Source: Bacteroidales bacterium
GTDB lineage: Bacteria; Bacteroidota; Bacteroidia; Bacteroidales; UBA12077
Reading direction: 5' to 3'
DNA length: 64,000 nucleotides
NCBI GenBank assembly: GCA_028282585.1
Contig: JANQHR010000144.1
Location: 44,445-108,444 of the forward strand
The notes below the pieces were generated by a model, which was given only the letters and a program-made list of their open reading frames with translations, was not told where the DNA came from and ran no database searches. A program made the position numbers and the translations under genes. This document shows positions 31,286-41,422 of the stretch, one piece after another. Within the stretch, counting starts at the first letter, position 1; each line of letters opens with the position of its first letter.

Positions 31286-32479
31286 ATGCATAACACGGTT
31301 AAGGTTACAGATAAAATTTACTGGCTTGGAGCCAATGATAGAAGAACACATTTATTTGAAAATATGTGGCCAATTCCAAATGGTGTTTCATACAACTCAT
31401 ATTTAATTATAGATGAAAAGATTGCTTTGGTCGATACTTTGGAGTTTGGCTCTTCCGATGATTATCTTGAAAAAATAGAAAATCTTATCGATGGAAAACC
31501 AATTGATTACCTAATTATTAATCATATGGAGCCAGATCATTCGGGAGCTGTTAAAACCATTGTTGAAAAATATCCTAATATTAAGTTAGTGGGTAATTTA
31601 AAGACATTCAAAATAGTCGATTCTTACTTTGGATATAAAGAAAAGCAATATCAGGTGGAAGATGGAGATGAGCTTAGCTTAGGACACCATAAATTAAAGT
31701 TTGTAATGACTCCCTGGGTACATTGGCCAGAAACAATGATGACATATGATTTAACAGAGAAAGTTTTATTTTCGGGTGATGCTTTTGGTACATTTGGTTC
31801 TTTAGATGGTGGAATATTCGATGATGAAATTGAGTTTGAAGAATACTATCAGGTTGAAATGCGCAGGTATTTCTCGAATATTGTGGGAAAGTACAGCAAC
31901 ATGGTTCAGAAAGCATTTAAAAAGCTGGAAGGGATTGATGTAAAATATATATGTGCAACTCATGGACCTATATGGAGAACAGATGTAAATAAGGTTTTAT
32001 CACTTTACGATAGATGGAGTAAATTCGAAGCAGAAAATGGTGTTGTTATTATTTATGGTTCAATGTATGGAAATACAGCTAAACTGGCAGATTGCATTGC
32101 TCGTAAGTTGTCTGAAGAAGGCATTAAGAGGATCAGAATTTATGATGCATCAAAAACTCACTTATCGTATTTGATTAATGAGATTTGGCAATATAAAGGT
32201 GTTATTCTAGGTAGTTGCGCATATAATTCTGGAATGTTACCAACAATGGAAAATTTAACAAGAAATCTTGAGCATATCGGTTTAAAGAATCGTTATTTAG
32301 GTGTATTTGGTTCTTATAGCTGGAATGGAGGAGGAGCAAAAGCTTTATTTAAATTTCAGGAAAATATGAATTGGGATTTAGTTGTTGATCCAGTTGATAC
32401 TAGAGGAATCCCGGGAAATGAATCATTTGAAAGATGTGAAACTATAGCGAAAGCAATGGCAGAGAAATTAAAAACATAA
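31286..32479 (+). CDS. fprA: Flavodiiron protein (A-type flavoprotein)
   Basis: HMEPDH, HWPE, GDAFG, THG diiron ligands and flavodoxin SMYGNT; TAATTTTG -7 box at 31235-31242. Confidence 0.95.
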   Translation: MHNTVKVTDKIYWLGANDRRTHLFENMWPIPNGVSYNSYLIIDEKIALVDTLEFGSSDDYLEKIENLIDGKPIDYLIINHMEPDHSGAVKTIVEKYPNIKLVGNLKTFKIVDSYFGYKEKQYQVEDGDELSLGHHKLKFVMTPWVHWPETMMTYDLTEKVLFSGDAFGTFGSLDGGIFDDEIEFEEYYQVEMRRYFSNIVGKYSNMVQKAFKKLEGIDVKYICATHGPIWRTDVNKVLSLYDRWSKFEAENGVVIIYGSMYGNTAKLADCIARKLSEEGIKRIRIYDASKTHLSYLINEIWQYKGVILGSCAYNSGMLPTMENLTRNLEHIGLKNRYLGVFGSYSWNGGGAKALFKFQENMNWDLVVDPVDTRGIPGNESFERCETIAKAMAEKLKT

Positions 32480-32500
32480 AATAAAAATTTATCAATTTAG

Positions 32501-32532
32501 AAAGGGCTTGAAATAATTCAACGCCCTTTTTT
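32501..32532 (+). terminator. Intrinsic terminator after fprA
   Basis: AAAGGGCTTGAA-ATAA-TTCAACGCCCTTT followed by a T tract. Confidence 0.75.
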
Positions 32533-32583
32533 ATTTGTTTCAAGAAGATTCTTTATTTTTATTGGCAGTAAAAAATAAAATAT

Positions 32584-32973
32584 ATGGATATTAATTTAAA
32601 TACAGGAATAACATATACAGCAACGCAAGTTGTTGAGAAAAAAGATACTGCAGCGGAGTATGGATCAGGCTTAGTTGAGGTTTTTGCGACTCCTGCGATG
32701 ATTGCTCTTATGGAAAACGCTGCTTTAAAAACAGTATTACCGTATCTGGGTGATGAATACAATACGGTTGGGTTTGAAGTTAATGTCAGACATTTAAAGC
32801 CAACACCAGTCGGAATGAAGGTTGAATGCACAGCAACTTTGATTGAAGTTGATGGAAAAAAACTGATTTTTTCTGTTACAGCAAATGATGAAGAAGGTAG
32901 GATCGGAGAAGGAACACATATACGTTACGTTATTAACTCAAAGAAATTCATGAATAAATTAAAACAAAAATAA
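32584..32973 (+). CDS. FlK-like hot-dog thioesterase
   Basis: [34 protein letters not shown]. Confidence 0.92.
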   Translation: MDINLNTGITYTATQVVEKKDTAAEYGSGLVEVFATPAMIALMENAALKTVLPYLGDEYNTVGFEVNVRHLKPTPVGMKVECTATLIEVDGKKLIFSVTANDEEGRIGEGTHIRYVINSKKFMNKLKQK

Positions 32974-32979
32974 AATACT

Positions 32980-33612
32980 ATGACACGAAAATTGATCATT
33001 ACCCTATCTATCTTATTTACTGTTAATAATTTAATAGCTCAAGAATTAATAAAGCTTCCCGCTCCTCAAAAAACAGGAGGTATGCCTTTAATGCAAGCTT
33101 TAAATGAAAGAAGCTCAAGCCGGGATTTCATAGATAAAGATTTATCAGAACAACAACTGTCCAATTTATTATGGGCTGCATTTGGTATTAATAGAAAAGA
33201 TATAAAAAAACGAACTGCACCTACTTCTCAAAATAATCAGGATATTGAGATTTATCTAACGACAAAAAAAGGATTATTTCTTTACAAACCTGAAGAGCAT
33301 GCTTTAGAGAAAAAATCAGATAGAGATATTAGAGAAGTAACAGGCGAACAAGATTTTGTGAAAGCAGCTGCTGTAAACCTAGTCTACGTTTCAAATTTTA
33401 GTAAGTTAGGTGATAGTCCAATAGAGGTTAAAAGAATGATAGCTGCGACACACTCTGGATTTATTGGGCAGAACGTATACCTGTATTGTGCATCGGAAGG
33501 GTTAATTTCTGTGTTCAGAGCATGGATTGATAAAGATAAAATTAAAGAAGCGCTAAAATTACCAAAAGGGTTTGAAGTGATCTATAGTCAAACTGTTGGA
33601 TATTCTAAATAG
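32980..33612 (+). CDS. Exported nitroreductase / SagB-like FMN protein
   Basis: GGMPL..AL.ERSS.R, LLWAAFG.N, RTAP, QNVYL. Confidence 0.88.
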   Translation: MTRKLIITLSILFTVNNLIAQELIKLPAPQKTGGMPLMQALNERSSSRDFIDKDLSEQQLSNLLWAAFGINRKDIKKRTAPTSQNNQDIEIYLTTKKGLFLYKPEEHALEKKSDRDIREVTGEQDFVKAAAVNLVYVSNFSKLGDSPIEVKRMIAATHSGFIGQNVYLYCASEGLISVFRAWIDKDKIKEALKLPKGFEVIYSQTVGYSK

Positions 33613-33635
33613 TAATTTAAGGCAGTTAGCCAGTT

Positions 33636-34817
33636 ATGAAATACAATTTTGACAATATCATTAATAGGGAGAACACTGCTTCAGTTAAATATGATTTACG
33701 AAAGGAGATATTCCAGAAAGAAGATGTAATCCCAATGTGGGTTGCCGATATGGATTTTAAAACACCAGATTTTATTATCAAGGCTATAAAAGAAAGGTTA
33801 AATCACGAAGTATTTGGATATAGTATCCGGCCAAGATCATATTTTCAGTCTATTATTGATTGGGTAAAACGCAGGCATAATTGGGAAATTAAAGAAGAAT
33901 GGATATCATTTAGTCCTGGAATAGTACCTGCAATTAATATGGCTGTTCTGGCATATACAAGCCCAGGAGATAAAATTATAATACAACCTCCGGTTTATCA
34001 TCCGTTTTTTTATGCGATTAAAAATAATGATAGAGAATTAGTTGAGAATCCTTTAAATCTTAAAGGCGGAAGATATCATATGAATTTTAAGGATTTAGTT
34101 GATAAACTGAGAGATGCAAAGATGTTAGTTCTTTCTAATCCCCATAATCCGGGAGGTTCAGTTTGGACAAAAGATGAGTTAGAAAAACTGGGAGAGCTAT
34201 GCGTTAAGTACAACGTATTGATAATGTCCGACGAGATTCATGCTGATTTGATTTACAAAAACTACCGTTATACACCATTAGCTTCGATATCAAGTGAGAT
34301 TGCAAATCATACAGTTACATTTATTGCTCCTAGCAAGACTTTTAATATGGCTGCTTTAGCTACCTCCTCTGTTATTTCATCAAACAAAGAATTAAAGGAA
34401 AAGTATGATAAAGTTCTGGATGCCATTCATATTGGAATGGGAAACGTATTTGGAACAGTAGCATCAGAGGCTGCATATACACATGGAGATAAATGGCTCG
34501 ATCAGCTTATGGAGTACTTAGAAACGAATCTGGACCTGGTAGAAGATTATTTAAAAGAAAAAGTACCACAAATAAAAATGATTCGCCCGGAAGGAACTTA
34601 TTTGGTTTGGCTTGATTGTTCCGATTTAAACTTAAAAGGGAAAGATTTAAAAGATTTTATGATTAAAGATGCAGGTTTAGGCTTTAATGATGGAAGGATG
34701 TTTGGTACGGGTGGTGAGGGTTATATGCGAATGAATATCGCTTGTCCCAAACAAATTGTTTTAGATGCTTTAATAAGATTGGAGAAGGCAATTAGTAATC
34801 ATAATTCGAATGTCTGA
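33636..34817 (+). CDS. PatB/MalY family PLP-dependent C-S lyase
   Basis: PMWVADMDF, NPHNPGG, SDEIHAD, APSKTFN. Confidence 0.93.
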   Translation: MKYNFDNIINRENTASVKYDLRKEIFQKEDVIPMWVADMDFKTPDFIIKAIKERLNHEVFGYSIRPRSYFQSIIDWVKRRHNWEIKEEWISFSPGIVPAINMAVLAYTSPGDKIIIQPPVYHPFFYAIKNNDRELVENPLNLKGGRYHMNFKDLVDKLRDAKMLVLSNPHNPGGSVWTKDELEKLGELCVKYNVLIMSDEIHADLIYKNYRYTPLASISSEIANHTVTFIAPSKTFNMAALATSSVISSNKELKEKYDKVLDAIHIGMGNVFGTVASEAAYTHGDKWLDQLMEYLETNLDLVEDYLKEKVPQIKMIRPEGTYLVWLDCSDLNLKGKDLKDFMIKDAGLGFNDGRMFGTGGEGYMRMNIACPKQIVLDALIRLEKAISNHNSNV

Positions 34818-35151
34818 TAAGGGTTTTGAAATTAAAGTTTTAATTCCAACAGAGGATGGAATTACTATTTCTGAGAATAATTTAGATGAAGTTAAATATT
34901 ATTTAATGTATAATATTAGTAACAGAAGTTATCAGTTAGCAGGTAAAACAAAAGTTGCTGCGTTATTAGCCGAAGGAGAATTTGGAGATAATCTGGCTCA
35001 ATGGATTGCAAAAGAAAAATTGGATATAGTCGTTTCTAAATCTGATATAAGTAACATTGGAATAAGGAAAAGAAAACCGATGCACGATGATATAGGGGAT
35101 GAGTTGAATTTGCTAATAGATATGATAGATCAAAAAAAGGAGCTTATTTAG
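34810..35151 (+). CDS. Hypothetical protein, N-terminus weakly NifB/NifX-like
   Basis: Overlaps the patB stop codon; KVLIPTEDGITISE...YYLMYNI. Confidence 0.55.
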   Translation: MSDKGFEIKVLIPTEDGITISENNLDEVKYYLMYNISNRSYQLAGKTKVAALLAEGEFGDNLAQWIAKEKLDIVVSKSDISNIGIRKRKPMHDDIGDELNLLIDMIDQKKELI

Positions 35152-35162
35152 CTCCTTTCTTA
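35134..35162. terminator. Bidirectional terminator between convergent genes
   Basis: AAAGGAGCT-TATTT-AGCTCCTTT. Confidence 0.7.
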
Positions 35163-35197
35163 ATTTAAGGTGTATTTTTATTATACTATATTCTATT

Positions 35198-36946
35198 CTA
35201 TTCTTCTTCTTCACCCACTTCGTTTTCGTCTTCATCATCATCCAGAGCCGAAACCAAACCTCCAGTTAATTTACCATCCATTTTTTTTATGAAGCTTTCC
35301 TGTTGCTTTTTTAAACGTTCATATTCTTCAACTTTTTTCTCAAGTTCGGCTTCACGGCGTGCAGATTCTTCTTGAGTAGCTTGTAATTCTTCCATATTTT
35401 GACGCATTTCCTCTTCTTGGGCACGCATTTCTTCTGCTTGTTGTCTGGTTCTTTCAAGAAGTTCAGATGTTCTAATGTTTACCTTAACCGTAGATAATGT
35501 TGAAGCAATGTTTTCACCAATTTTTTCTACAAATTCAATTTGATATTTTTCAAATTCTCTGAAAGAAGCCATTTCTATAACTCCATATACTTGATCATTT
35601 ACAACCAATGGAACAATTAAAATACTTTTCGGATTGTCATCACCTAAACCCGAAGTAATAGTAATATAATCATTAGGAATATCTGTAATATAAATTGTTT
35701 CTGCTTCTTGTATTGCTCTTCCTACCAAACCAACACCCATTTCTATCTTTTTCTCAAGAAATTTTTTACGATTAAAAGCATAAGCAGAAGCCATTTCAAT
35801 GAACTTATTGTTTTCATCATCATCATTTATAACAAATAAACCTCCTTGATTAGCGTCACAATATTTTACCAGATTACTAATAACATCATAAGAAAGCTTC
35901 TCTATATTATCGTTATTCTGTCTTAAAATGTCACTGAATTTAGCAATACCTTGTGATGCCCAGTTTCTTTGGTCGTCTTCTTTTTTTCTCCTTTTTTCTT
36001 CTTGTGTTGCATGCTTAAGGTTAGTGCGCATTTCCAATAATGCATTTCCCAGATCATCTTGCTCGCTTAATGGCACAAAAGGACTATCAAAATTACTTTT
36101 TCCAATTTCTATTGAGAAATCGGTTGTTTCCTTCAATCCCCTGATTAAAGCATTTAAGGCAGCAGCCATTTCTCCAATTTCATCGTTTCGTTCCTTTATT
36201 TGTTTATTAGGCATTACGCCTTGTCCCATTTGAATTAAGTTGTTCTTTATCTTTATAATTGGTTTTATAATAAGTTGAGCTAATATAAGTGCTATTATAA
36301 CTGAAATTATAACAACCACAACACCAGCCATAAAAATGAAGTCCTCAAGACTTTTAAATGATTCTTCCATTTGGGCACTGGCTTCTTCAATTTTTGTCTC
36401 ATGGATATTAGTTAAGTTAGTAAGATCTTCTATTAATTTATCACTTAATACAATAATATCACCACCTTTTTCAACTTTCGTATATACATCTGTCATTAAT
36501 AAGAAAAAATCATCATAACTTTCCATTGTACTTAGCTTATTCATTATGTCCTGGTGCATCGGAAATAAAGTGTCTGTAATGGAAACATAAATTTTTTCAT
36601 AAGCTTCTATTTCGGTGGGATCCCAATTTATTGATATTTCTAAGATTTTATCGTTTAAGTCAGGGATTTCAGTTTGATGTAAATCAATTAACTTCTTTTT
36701 ATCTGGAGTATCTGGTTGTTTCTCGATGTAAACCCAATTTTTAATTAACATTTTTGATGAAATCATAGCGTTTGATAATTCACGAACCAGGTCGGCAGAA
36801 GGAATATGAACACTAATGATTTCTTCGTTTTTTTCAATGCTTTTAGTTAAAGTATTATTTACAAGATAAATATTTCCGAATATGGCTGCAGTAACAATAC
36901 CAAATCCAAGAACTAGCTTTTTTGCAATGGTAAATTTGAATTTCAT
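35198..36946 (-). CDS. Membrane sensor: periplasmic helical domain, HAMP, GAF and coiled coil, with no output domain
   Basis: Two TM helices, HAMP (RNDEIGEMAAALN), GAF (GLVGRA..E, IVPL...VYGVIEMAS), QAEEMRAQEEEMRQNMEELQATQEE, acidic tail. Confidence 0.88.
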   Translation of the reverse strand: MKFKFTIAKKLVLGFGIVTAAIFGNIYLVNNTLTKSIEKNEEIISVHIPSADLVRELSNAMISSKMLIKNWVYIEKQPDTPDKKKLIDLHQTEIPDLNDKILEISINWDPTEIEAYEKIYVSITDTLFPMHQDIMNKLSTMESYDDFFLLMTDVYTKVEKGGDIIVLSDKLIEDLTNLTNIHETKIEEASAQMEESFKSLEDFIFMAGVVVVIISVIIALILAQLIIKPIIKIKNNLIQMGQGVMPNKQIKERNDEIGEMAAALNALIRGLKETTDFSIEIGKSNFDSPFVPLSEQDDLGNALLEMRTNLKHATQEEKRRKKEDDQRNWASQGIAKFSDILRQNNDNIEKLSYDVISNLVKYCDANQGGLFVINDDDENNKFIEMASAYAFNRKKFLEKKIEMGVGLVGRAIQEAETIYITDIPNDYITITSGLGDDNPKSILIVPLVVNDQVYGVIEMASFREFEKYQIEFVEKIGENIASTLSTVKVNIRTSELLERTRQQAEEMRAQEEEMRQNMEELQATQEESARREAELEKKVEEYERLKKQQESFIKKMDGKLTGGLVSALDDDEDENEVGEEEE

Positions 36947-37054
36947 ATCTTGCTATTTGAATTAGATTTTAAGAGTTTCTAAGATAATAATATAATTTTA
37001 AGTTAGGTTCATTTAAACCATATTTTATCAAATCAGGCTACGAATGTAAATAAT

Positions 37055-37813
37055 CTATTCAATAAATGTATTAAGATCATATGTAATATTTGTTAAAAAT
37101 AATCCATGAGCAGGTGCTGAAGTTCCTGCATCCGATCGATTCCTATTTTCAATTATTTGAATAAAACCTTCTAAGGTAGTTTTGTGTTTTCCAATGTCAA
37201 TTAATGTACCAACAATTGCTCGAACCATATTCCTTAAAAAACGATCCGCTGTTATTGTAAAAGATAACTTATAACTATCCTTTTCCCACAAAGCACTTTC
37301 AATTCTACAATTATTGGTTTTAACATCGGTATGCAATTTACTAAAACTTGTAAAATCCGTGAACTGAAGTAGTAATTCACATGCTTTATTCATTAAATCA
37401 ATATCTAATTTATGAGGTAAATAATACGAAGATTCGGTTAAAAACGGATCTTTTTGTTGATGTATAAAATAGTGGTATGTCCTGCTAGTCGCATCGAAGC
37501 GGGCATGGGCTTCATTATTTACTTTAAGTATCTTATGGATAGCTATATCATGGGGTAAAAGGCTATTGATATTGAACATGAACTTTTTATCCTTATCCAA
37601 ATCATTACATTTCGAATCAAAATGTGCTACAAAGTAGCTTGCATGAACACCAGTGTCTGTTCTTCCGGCACCGGTTATTTCAACTTCCTCCCTTAAAATA
37701 GTTGAAAGAGTTTTTGTTAAAACTTCTTGGATGGTAATTGCGTTAGGCTGGATTTGCCAACCATGATAATTTGTTCCTTTATAACTTAATTGAATAAAAT
37801 ACCTGTTTTTCAT
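37055..37813 (-). CDS. truA: tRNA pseudouridine(38-40) synthase
   Basis: YHGWQIQ, GAGRTDTGVHA, FLRNMVR, APAHGL; minus-strand TAACTTTG -7 box at 37833-37840. Confidence 0.97.
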   Translation of the reverse strand: MKNRYFIQLSYKGTNYHGWQIQPNAITIQEVLTKTLSTILREEVEITGAGRTDTGVHASYFVAHFDSKCNDLDKDKKFMFNINSLLPHDIAIHKILKVNNEAHARFDATSRTYHYFIHQQKDPFLTESSYYLPHKLDIDLMNKACELLLQFTDFTSFSKLHTDVKTNNCRIESALWEKDSYKLSFTITADRFLRNMVRAIVGTLIDIGKHKTTLEGFIQIIENRNRSDAGTSAPAHGLFLTNITYDLNTFIE

Positions 37814-38033
37814 GTTGCAATTTTAGTGCTTACAAAGTTAAGATTTAAACTTGAAAATACTATATAATCTATGTTTCTTGATATTTGATTCTTATAATTT
37901 CTTAAAAAGATTTAACAGTTTTTAACATTTAAATAGACTATTATTGTGCTGATTTTATAAGAACAGAAGTAGAATTATTACAATTATTTTTTAACCTAAA
38001 ATTTTTATGTATCTTTTCAAAAATTATTAGACT

Positions 38034-39029
38034 ATGAACGAAACAGTTGATGTTAAAGAGCTGAACGAGCGAATAGAGAAGGAAAGTTCATTTGTTGATA
38101 TGATTAAAATGGAAATGGGCAAGGTAATAGTTGGGCAAAAACACCTTGTTGATTCTCTTTTAATTGGTTTTCTTTCCGATGGACATATTTTATTAGAAGG
38201 TGTTCCTGGATTGGCAAAAACATTGGCAATTAATACTTTAGCAAGTGTTGTAGATGCTGATTTTAGTCGTATTCAATTTACACCGGATTTGTTACCAGCA
38301 GATTTAATTGGTACAATGATTTATAGCCAAAAGAAAGAAGAATTCCAGGTTAAAAGAGGTCCCATTTTTACTAATTTTGTTTTGGCCGATGAGATTAACC
38401 GTTCTCCTGCAAAAGTACAAAGTGCTTTATTAGAGGCAATGCAGGAACGCCAGGTTACAATTGGTGAAGAAACATATCAACTTCCACAACCGTTTTTAGT
38501 AATGGCAACGCAAAATCCAATCGAGCAAGAAGGAACTTATCCTCTTCCGGAAGCACAAGTTGACCGTTTTATGTTAAAAGTTGTAGTTGACTATCCTAAA
38601 TTAGAGGAAGAGAAGTTAATTGTTCGAGAAAATATTGCCAAAGAATTTCCAAAGGCTAATACTATTCTTAAACCTGAAGACATTGTTAATGCAAGAAATG
38701 TTGTTAAGGATGTTTATATTGACGAAAAAATTGAGCGATATATATTAGATATAGTATTTGCTACCAGATTTCCTGAAAAATACAATCTGGAGAAATTTTC
38801 TGCAATGATTAATTACGGCGGATCTCCTCGTGCAAGTATTAATTTGGCAATGGCTTCGAAAGCTTACGCATTTATTAAGCGAAGAGGTTATGTTATTCCT
38901 GAAGATGTGCGCGCTGTTTGTCATGATGTATTACGTCATAGGATAGGATTAACATATGAGGCCGAGGCAGAAAATGTAACTACAGAGGATATTATTACGG
39001 AAATTCTTAATACTATAGAAGTTCCATAA
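38034..39029 (+). CDS. moxR: MoxR AAA+ ATPase
   Basis: GVPGLAKT, RIQFTPDLLPAD, DEINR, ATQNPIEQEGTYPLPEAQ.DRF. Confidence 0.96.
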   Translation: MNETVDVKELNERIEKESSFVDMIKMEMGKVIVGQKHLVDSLLIGFLSDGHILLEGVPGLAKTLAINTLASVVDADFSRIQFTPDLLPADLIGTMIYSQKKEEFQVKRGPIFTNFVLADEINRSPAKVQSALLEAMQERQVTIGEETYQLPQPFLVMATQNPIEQEGTYPLPEAQVDRFMLKVVVDYPKLEEEKLIVRENIAKEFPKANTILKPEDIVNARNVVKDVYIDEKIERYILDIVFATRFPEKYNLEKFSAMINYGGSPRASINLAMASKAYAFIKRRGYVIPEDVRAVCHDVLRHRIGLTYEAEAENVTTEDIITEILNTIEVP

Positions 39030-39047
39030 AAGTTACATATCTCAAAA

Positions 39048-39464
39048 ATGAAAAAAATAATTGTACTTCTGTTAATTGTAATTTCGAGCTTAAACGTTCT
39101 TGGACAAAGTTTTGTAGGTAAACATAAGCTGGAGATCAAAAAAGAGATGAAAGAAAATCATAGAGATTTTTACTTTTCTAAAGAAGTAATGGGAAAAAGC
39201 AATTTCATCAAATTTGAAGATACCGATGGATACCGAACATACTTATTTGTTTTGGATGAGGATGGATATTGTAAATATCACATGTTAATGTGCGATTATA
39301 GTTTGCTAAAACATACGATCGATTCATTAAACCAAAACTATGAGTATAAAGAAAATTTAACATGGTACGATTATGTGTCAGGGAAAGAAAATTTTGTTAT
39401 AAGAATAAAAAAAGAAGAATGGTATTTTTCTGTAATTACTAAGAAGCTCGAAGAGAAAGATTGA
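39048..39464 (+). CDS. Hypothetical exported protein within the bat operon
   Basis: 138-aa ORF with signal peptide, tightly spaced between moxR and DUF58. Confidence 0.7.
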   Translation: MKKIIVLLLIVISSLNVLGQSFVGKHKLEIKKEMKENHRDFYFSKEVMGKSNFIKFEDTDGYRTYLFVLDEDGYCKYHMLMCDYSLLKHTIDSLNQNYEYKENLTWYDYVSGKENFVIRIKKEEWYFSVITKKLEEKD

Positions 39465-39485
39465 TGTATAACCAATAAAATAGAA

Positions 39486-40370
39486 TTGGGCGTGGAAGCT
39501 TCAGAACTGCTTAAGAAAGTACGAAAAATTGAGATTAAAACACGGGGCTTATCAAAAAACATATTTGCAGGTGAATACCATAGTGCATTTAAGGGTCGGG
39601 GTATGGCCTTTAGTGAGGTTAGAGAATATCAATACGGAGATGATATTCGAAATATTGACTGGAACGTAACTGCCCGATTTAATCATCCATATATTAAAAT
39701 ATATGAAGAGGAGCGTGAACTTACAGTTATGTTGCTTGTCGATGTAAGCAATTCGCGCGTGTTTGGTTCACAAACTCAATTAAAGAAAAACCTTATTACT
39801 GAAATCTCAGCTGTTTTATCTTTTTCAGCAATCCAGAATAATGATAAGATTGGAGTAATCTTATTTAGTGATAAAGTTGAAAAATTTATTCCTCCCAAAA
39901 AAGGAAGGACTCATATTTTGAGAATTATAAGAGAATTAATCGAATTTACTCCGGAAAATAAAGAAACAGACATTTCAGAAGCACTTAGGTATTTGACCAA
40001 TGCCATTAAAAAAAGAAGTACTGCATTTTTAATTTCTGATTTCATTGATGATGAGGAAGGAACTCCTCGATTTGATGAAGCTATTCGAATTGCAAACAGA
40101 AAACATGATATTATTGGTTTAAAGATATTTGATGAAAGGGAACGAGAAATTCCGCCAGTTGGTATAGTTAGAATGAAAGATGCCGAAACCGGTGAATATG
40201 CATGGGTTGATACTACGAGTATTACTTTACGAAGAAATTATGCTAGTTGGTATAAAACTATGGAAGAATCTGTAAATGATACTTTGGTTAGAGCAGGAGT
40301 TGATTTCGTATCTATAGCAACAAATGAAGATTATGTTAAACCATTAATTAACCTTTTTAAAAAGCGATAA
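39486..40370 (+). CDS. DUF58 (VWA-like) protein
   Basis: GEYHSAFKGRGMAFSEVREY..GDD.R.IDWNVTAR, DVSNS; start is TTG 39486 or GTG 39492. Confidence 0.93.
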   Translation: MGVEASELLKKVRKIEIKTRGLSKNIFAGEYHSAFKGRGMAFSEVREYQYGDDIRNIDWNVTARFNHPYIKIYEEERELTVMLLVDVSNSRVFGSQTQLKKNLITEISAVLSFSAIQNNDKIGVILFSDKVEKFIPPKKGRTHILRIIRELIEFTPENKETDISEALRYLTNAIKKRSTAFLISDFIDDEEGTPRFDEAIRIANRKHDIIGLKIFDEREREIPPVGIVRMKDAETGEYAWVDTTSITLRRNYASWYKTMEESVNDTLVRAGVDFVSIATNEDYVKPLINLFKKR

Positions 40371-40375
40371 AAAAT

Positions 40376-41401
40376 ATGTTGCGGAAAGCGAAATTTTATA
40401 TTGTATATTTATTAGTTTTTGGTTTAATGCATTTTACATTTAAATCAAATGCTCAGCATATAACAGTTAAGGCAAAATTAGATACAACGGAGTTTCTTAT
40501 TGGAGACCAGATTGGATTGGAGCTTGAGGTTAGGCAACCAATTAAGGAGTTTGTTGGAATTCCAATTTTTGAGCAAAATGTTAATCAGGAACTAGAAGTA
40601 TTAGAGCAATCGGAGAATGATACAACCTTGCTAGAAACAGGACACTTTATTATCAGGAAACGACTGTTGGTTACAGCTTTTGATTCGGGTTACTACGCTT
40701 TACCACCAATACCGTTTTTATATTATAGTGATACTTTAAGAACTGACCCAATTTTATTTCATGTAAAAACTATTCCTGTAGATACATCACAGGCAATTAA
40801 GGATATTAAAAGACCATACGGAGCACCTTTGAGTTTTGCTGAAGTATTTCCCTGGGCAGGAGGAAGTCTTATTCTAGCTCTAGTGATTTTTATTCTTATT
40901 TATGTTATAAAAAAATTAAGGCGAAAAGAACCGATTATCCGTAGGATAAAACCAAGAGAACCTGCTCATATTATTGCGTTTAGAGGTTTAGAGAAACTAA
41001 AGAAAGATAAGCTTTGGCAACAAGAAAAGATTAAAGAATATTATACCGACCTTACCGATATTCTTCGATTATATCTTTGGAATCGTTATTCAATAAGAAC
41101 ATTAGAAAGAACTAGTGAGGAAATTTTAGAATCTCTAGAGATTTCCGATTTTAATGATGAAGAAGCATATGATATTTTAAAAGATGTTTTCCAGGTATCG
41201 GATTTGGTAAAGTTCGCTAAATTTAAACCAATTGCAGATGAACATGAAAAATGTTTATCTGGGGCATACAATTTTGTGGATAGAACCAAATTAATCATTG
41301 AAGAAAAGAAAGATGCTGAAGAAGATAAAAAGGATAATAATAGCTCTTTAAATTCTGAAAATGAAGAAGTAAAAATGCTGGAAGAACAAAGTAATCCGTA
41401 A
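40376..41401 (+). CDS. Bat-operon membrane protein (BatD-like N-terminus)
   Basis: IGDQ, AFDSG, TM helix, YY..LTDILR.Y, DLVKFAK; conserved position before batA. Confidence 0.82.
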   Translation: MLRKAKFYIVYLLVFGLMHFTFKSNAQHITVKAKLDTTEFLIGDQIGLELEVRQPIKEFVGIPIFEQNVNQELEVLEQSENDTTLLETGHFIIRKRLLVTAFDSGYYALPPIPFLYYSDTLRTDPILFHVKTIPVDTSQAIKDIKRPYGAPLSFAEVFPWAGGSLILALVIFILIYVIKKLRRKEPIIRRIKPREPAHIIAFRGLEKLKKDKLWQQEKIKEYYTDLTDILRLYLWNRYSIRTLERTSEEILESLEISDFNDEEAYDILKDVFQVSDLVKFAKFKPIADEHEKCLSGAYNFVDRTKLIIEEKKDAEEDKKDNNSSLNSENEEVKMLEEQSNP

Positions 41402-41422
41402 ATGATTATTTGAAATTTTATT

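Noticed and set aside
33613-33635. GGCAGTTAGCCAGTT as another microrepeat arm
   Set aside because: Only two units and no complementary arm.
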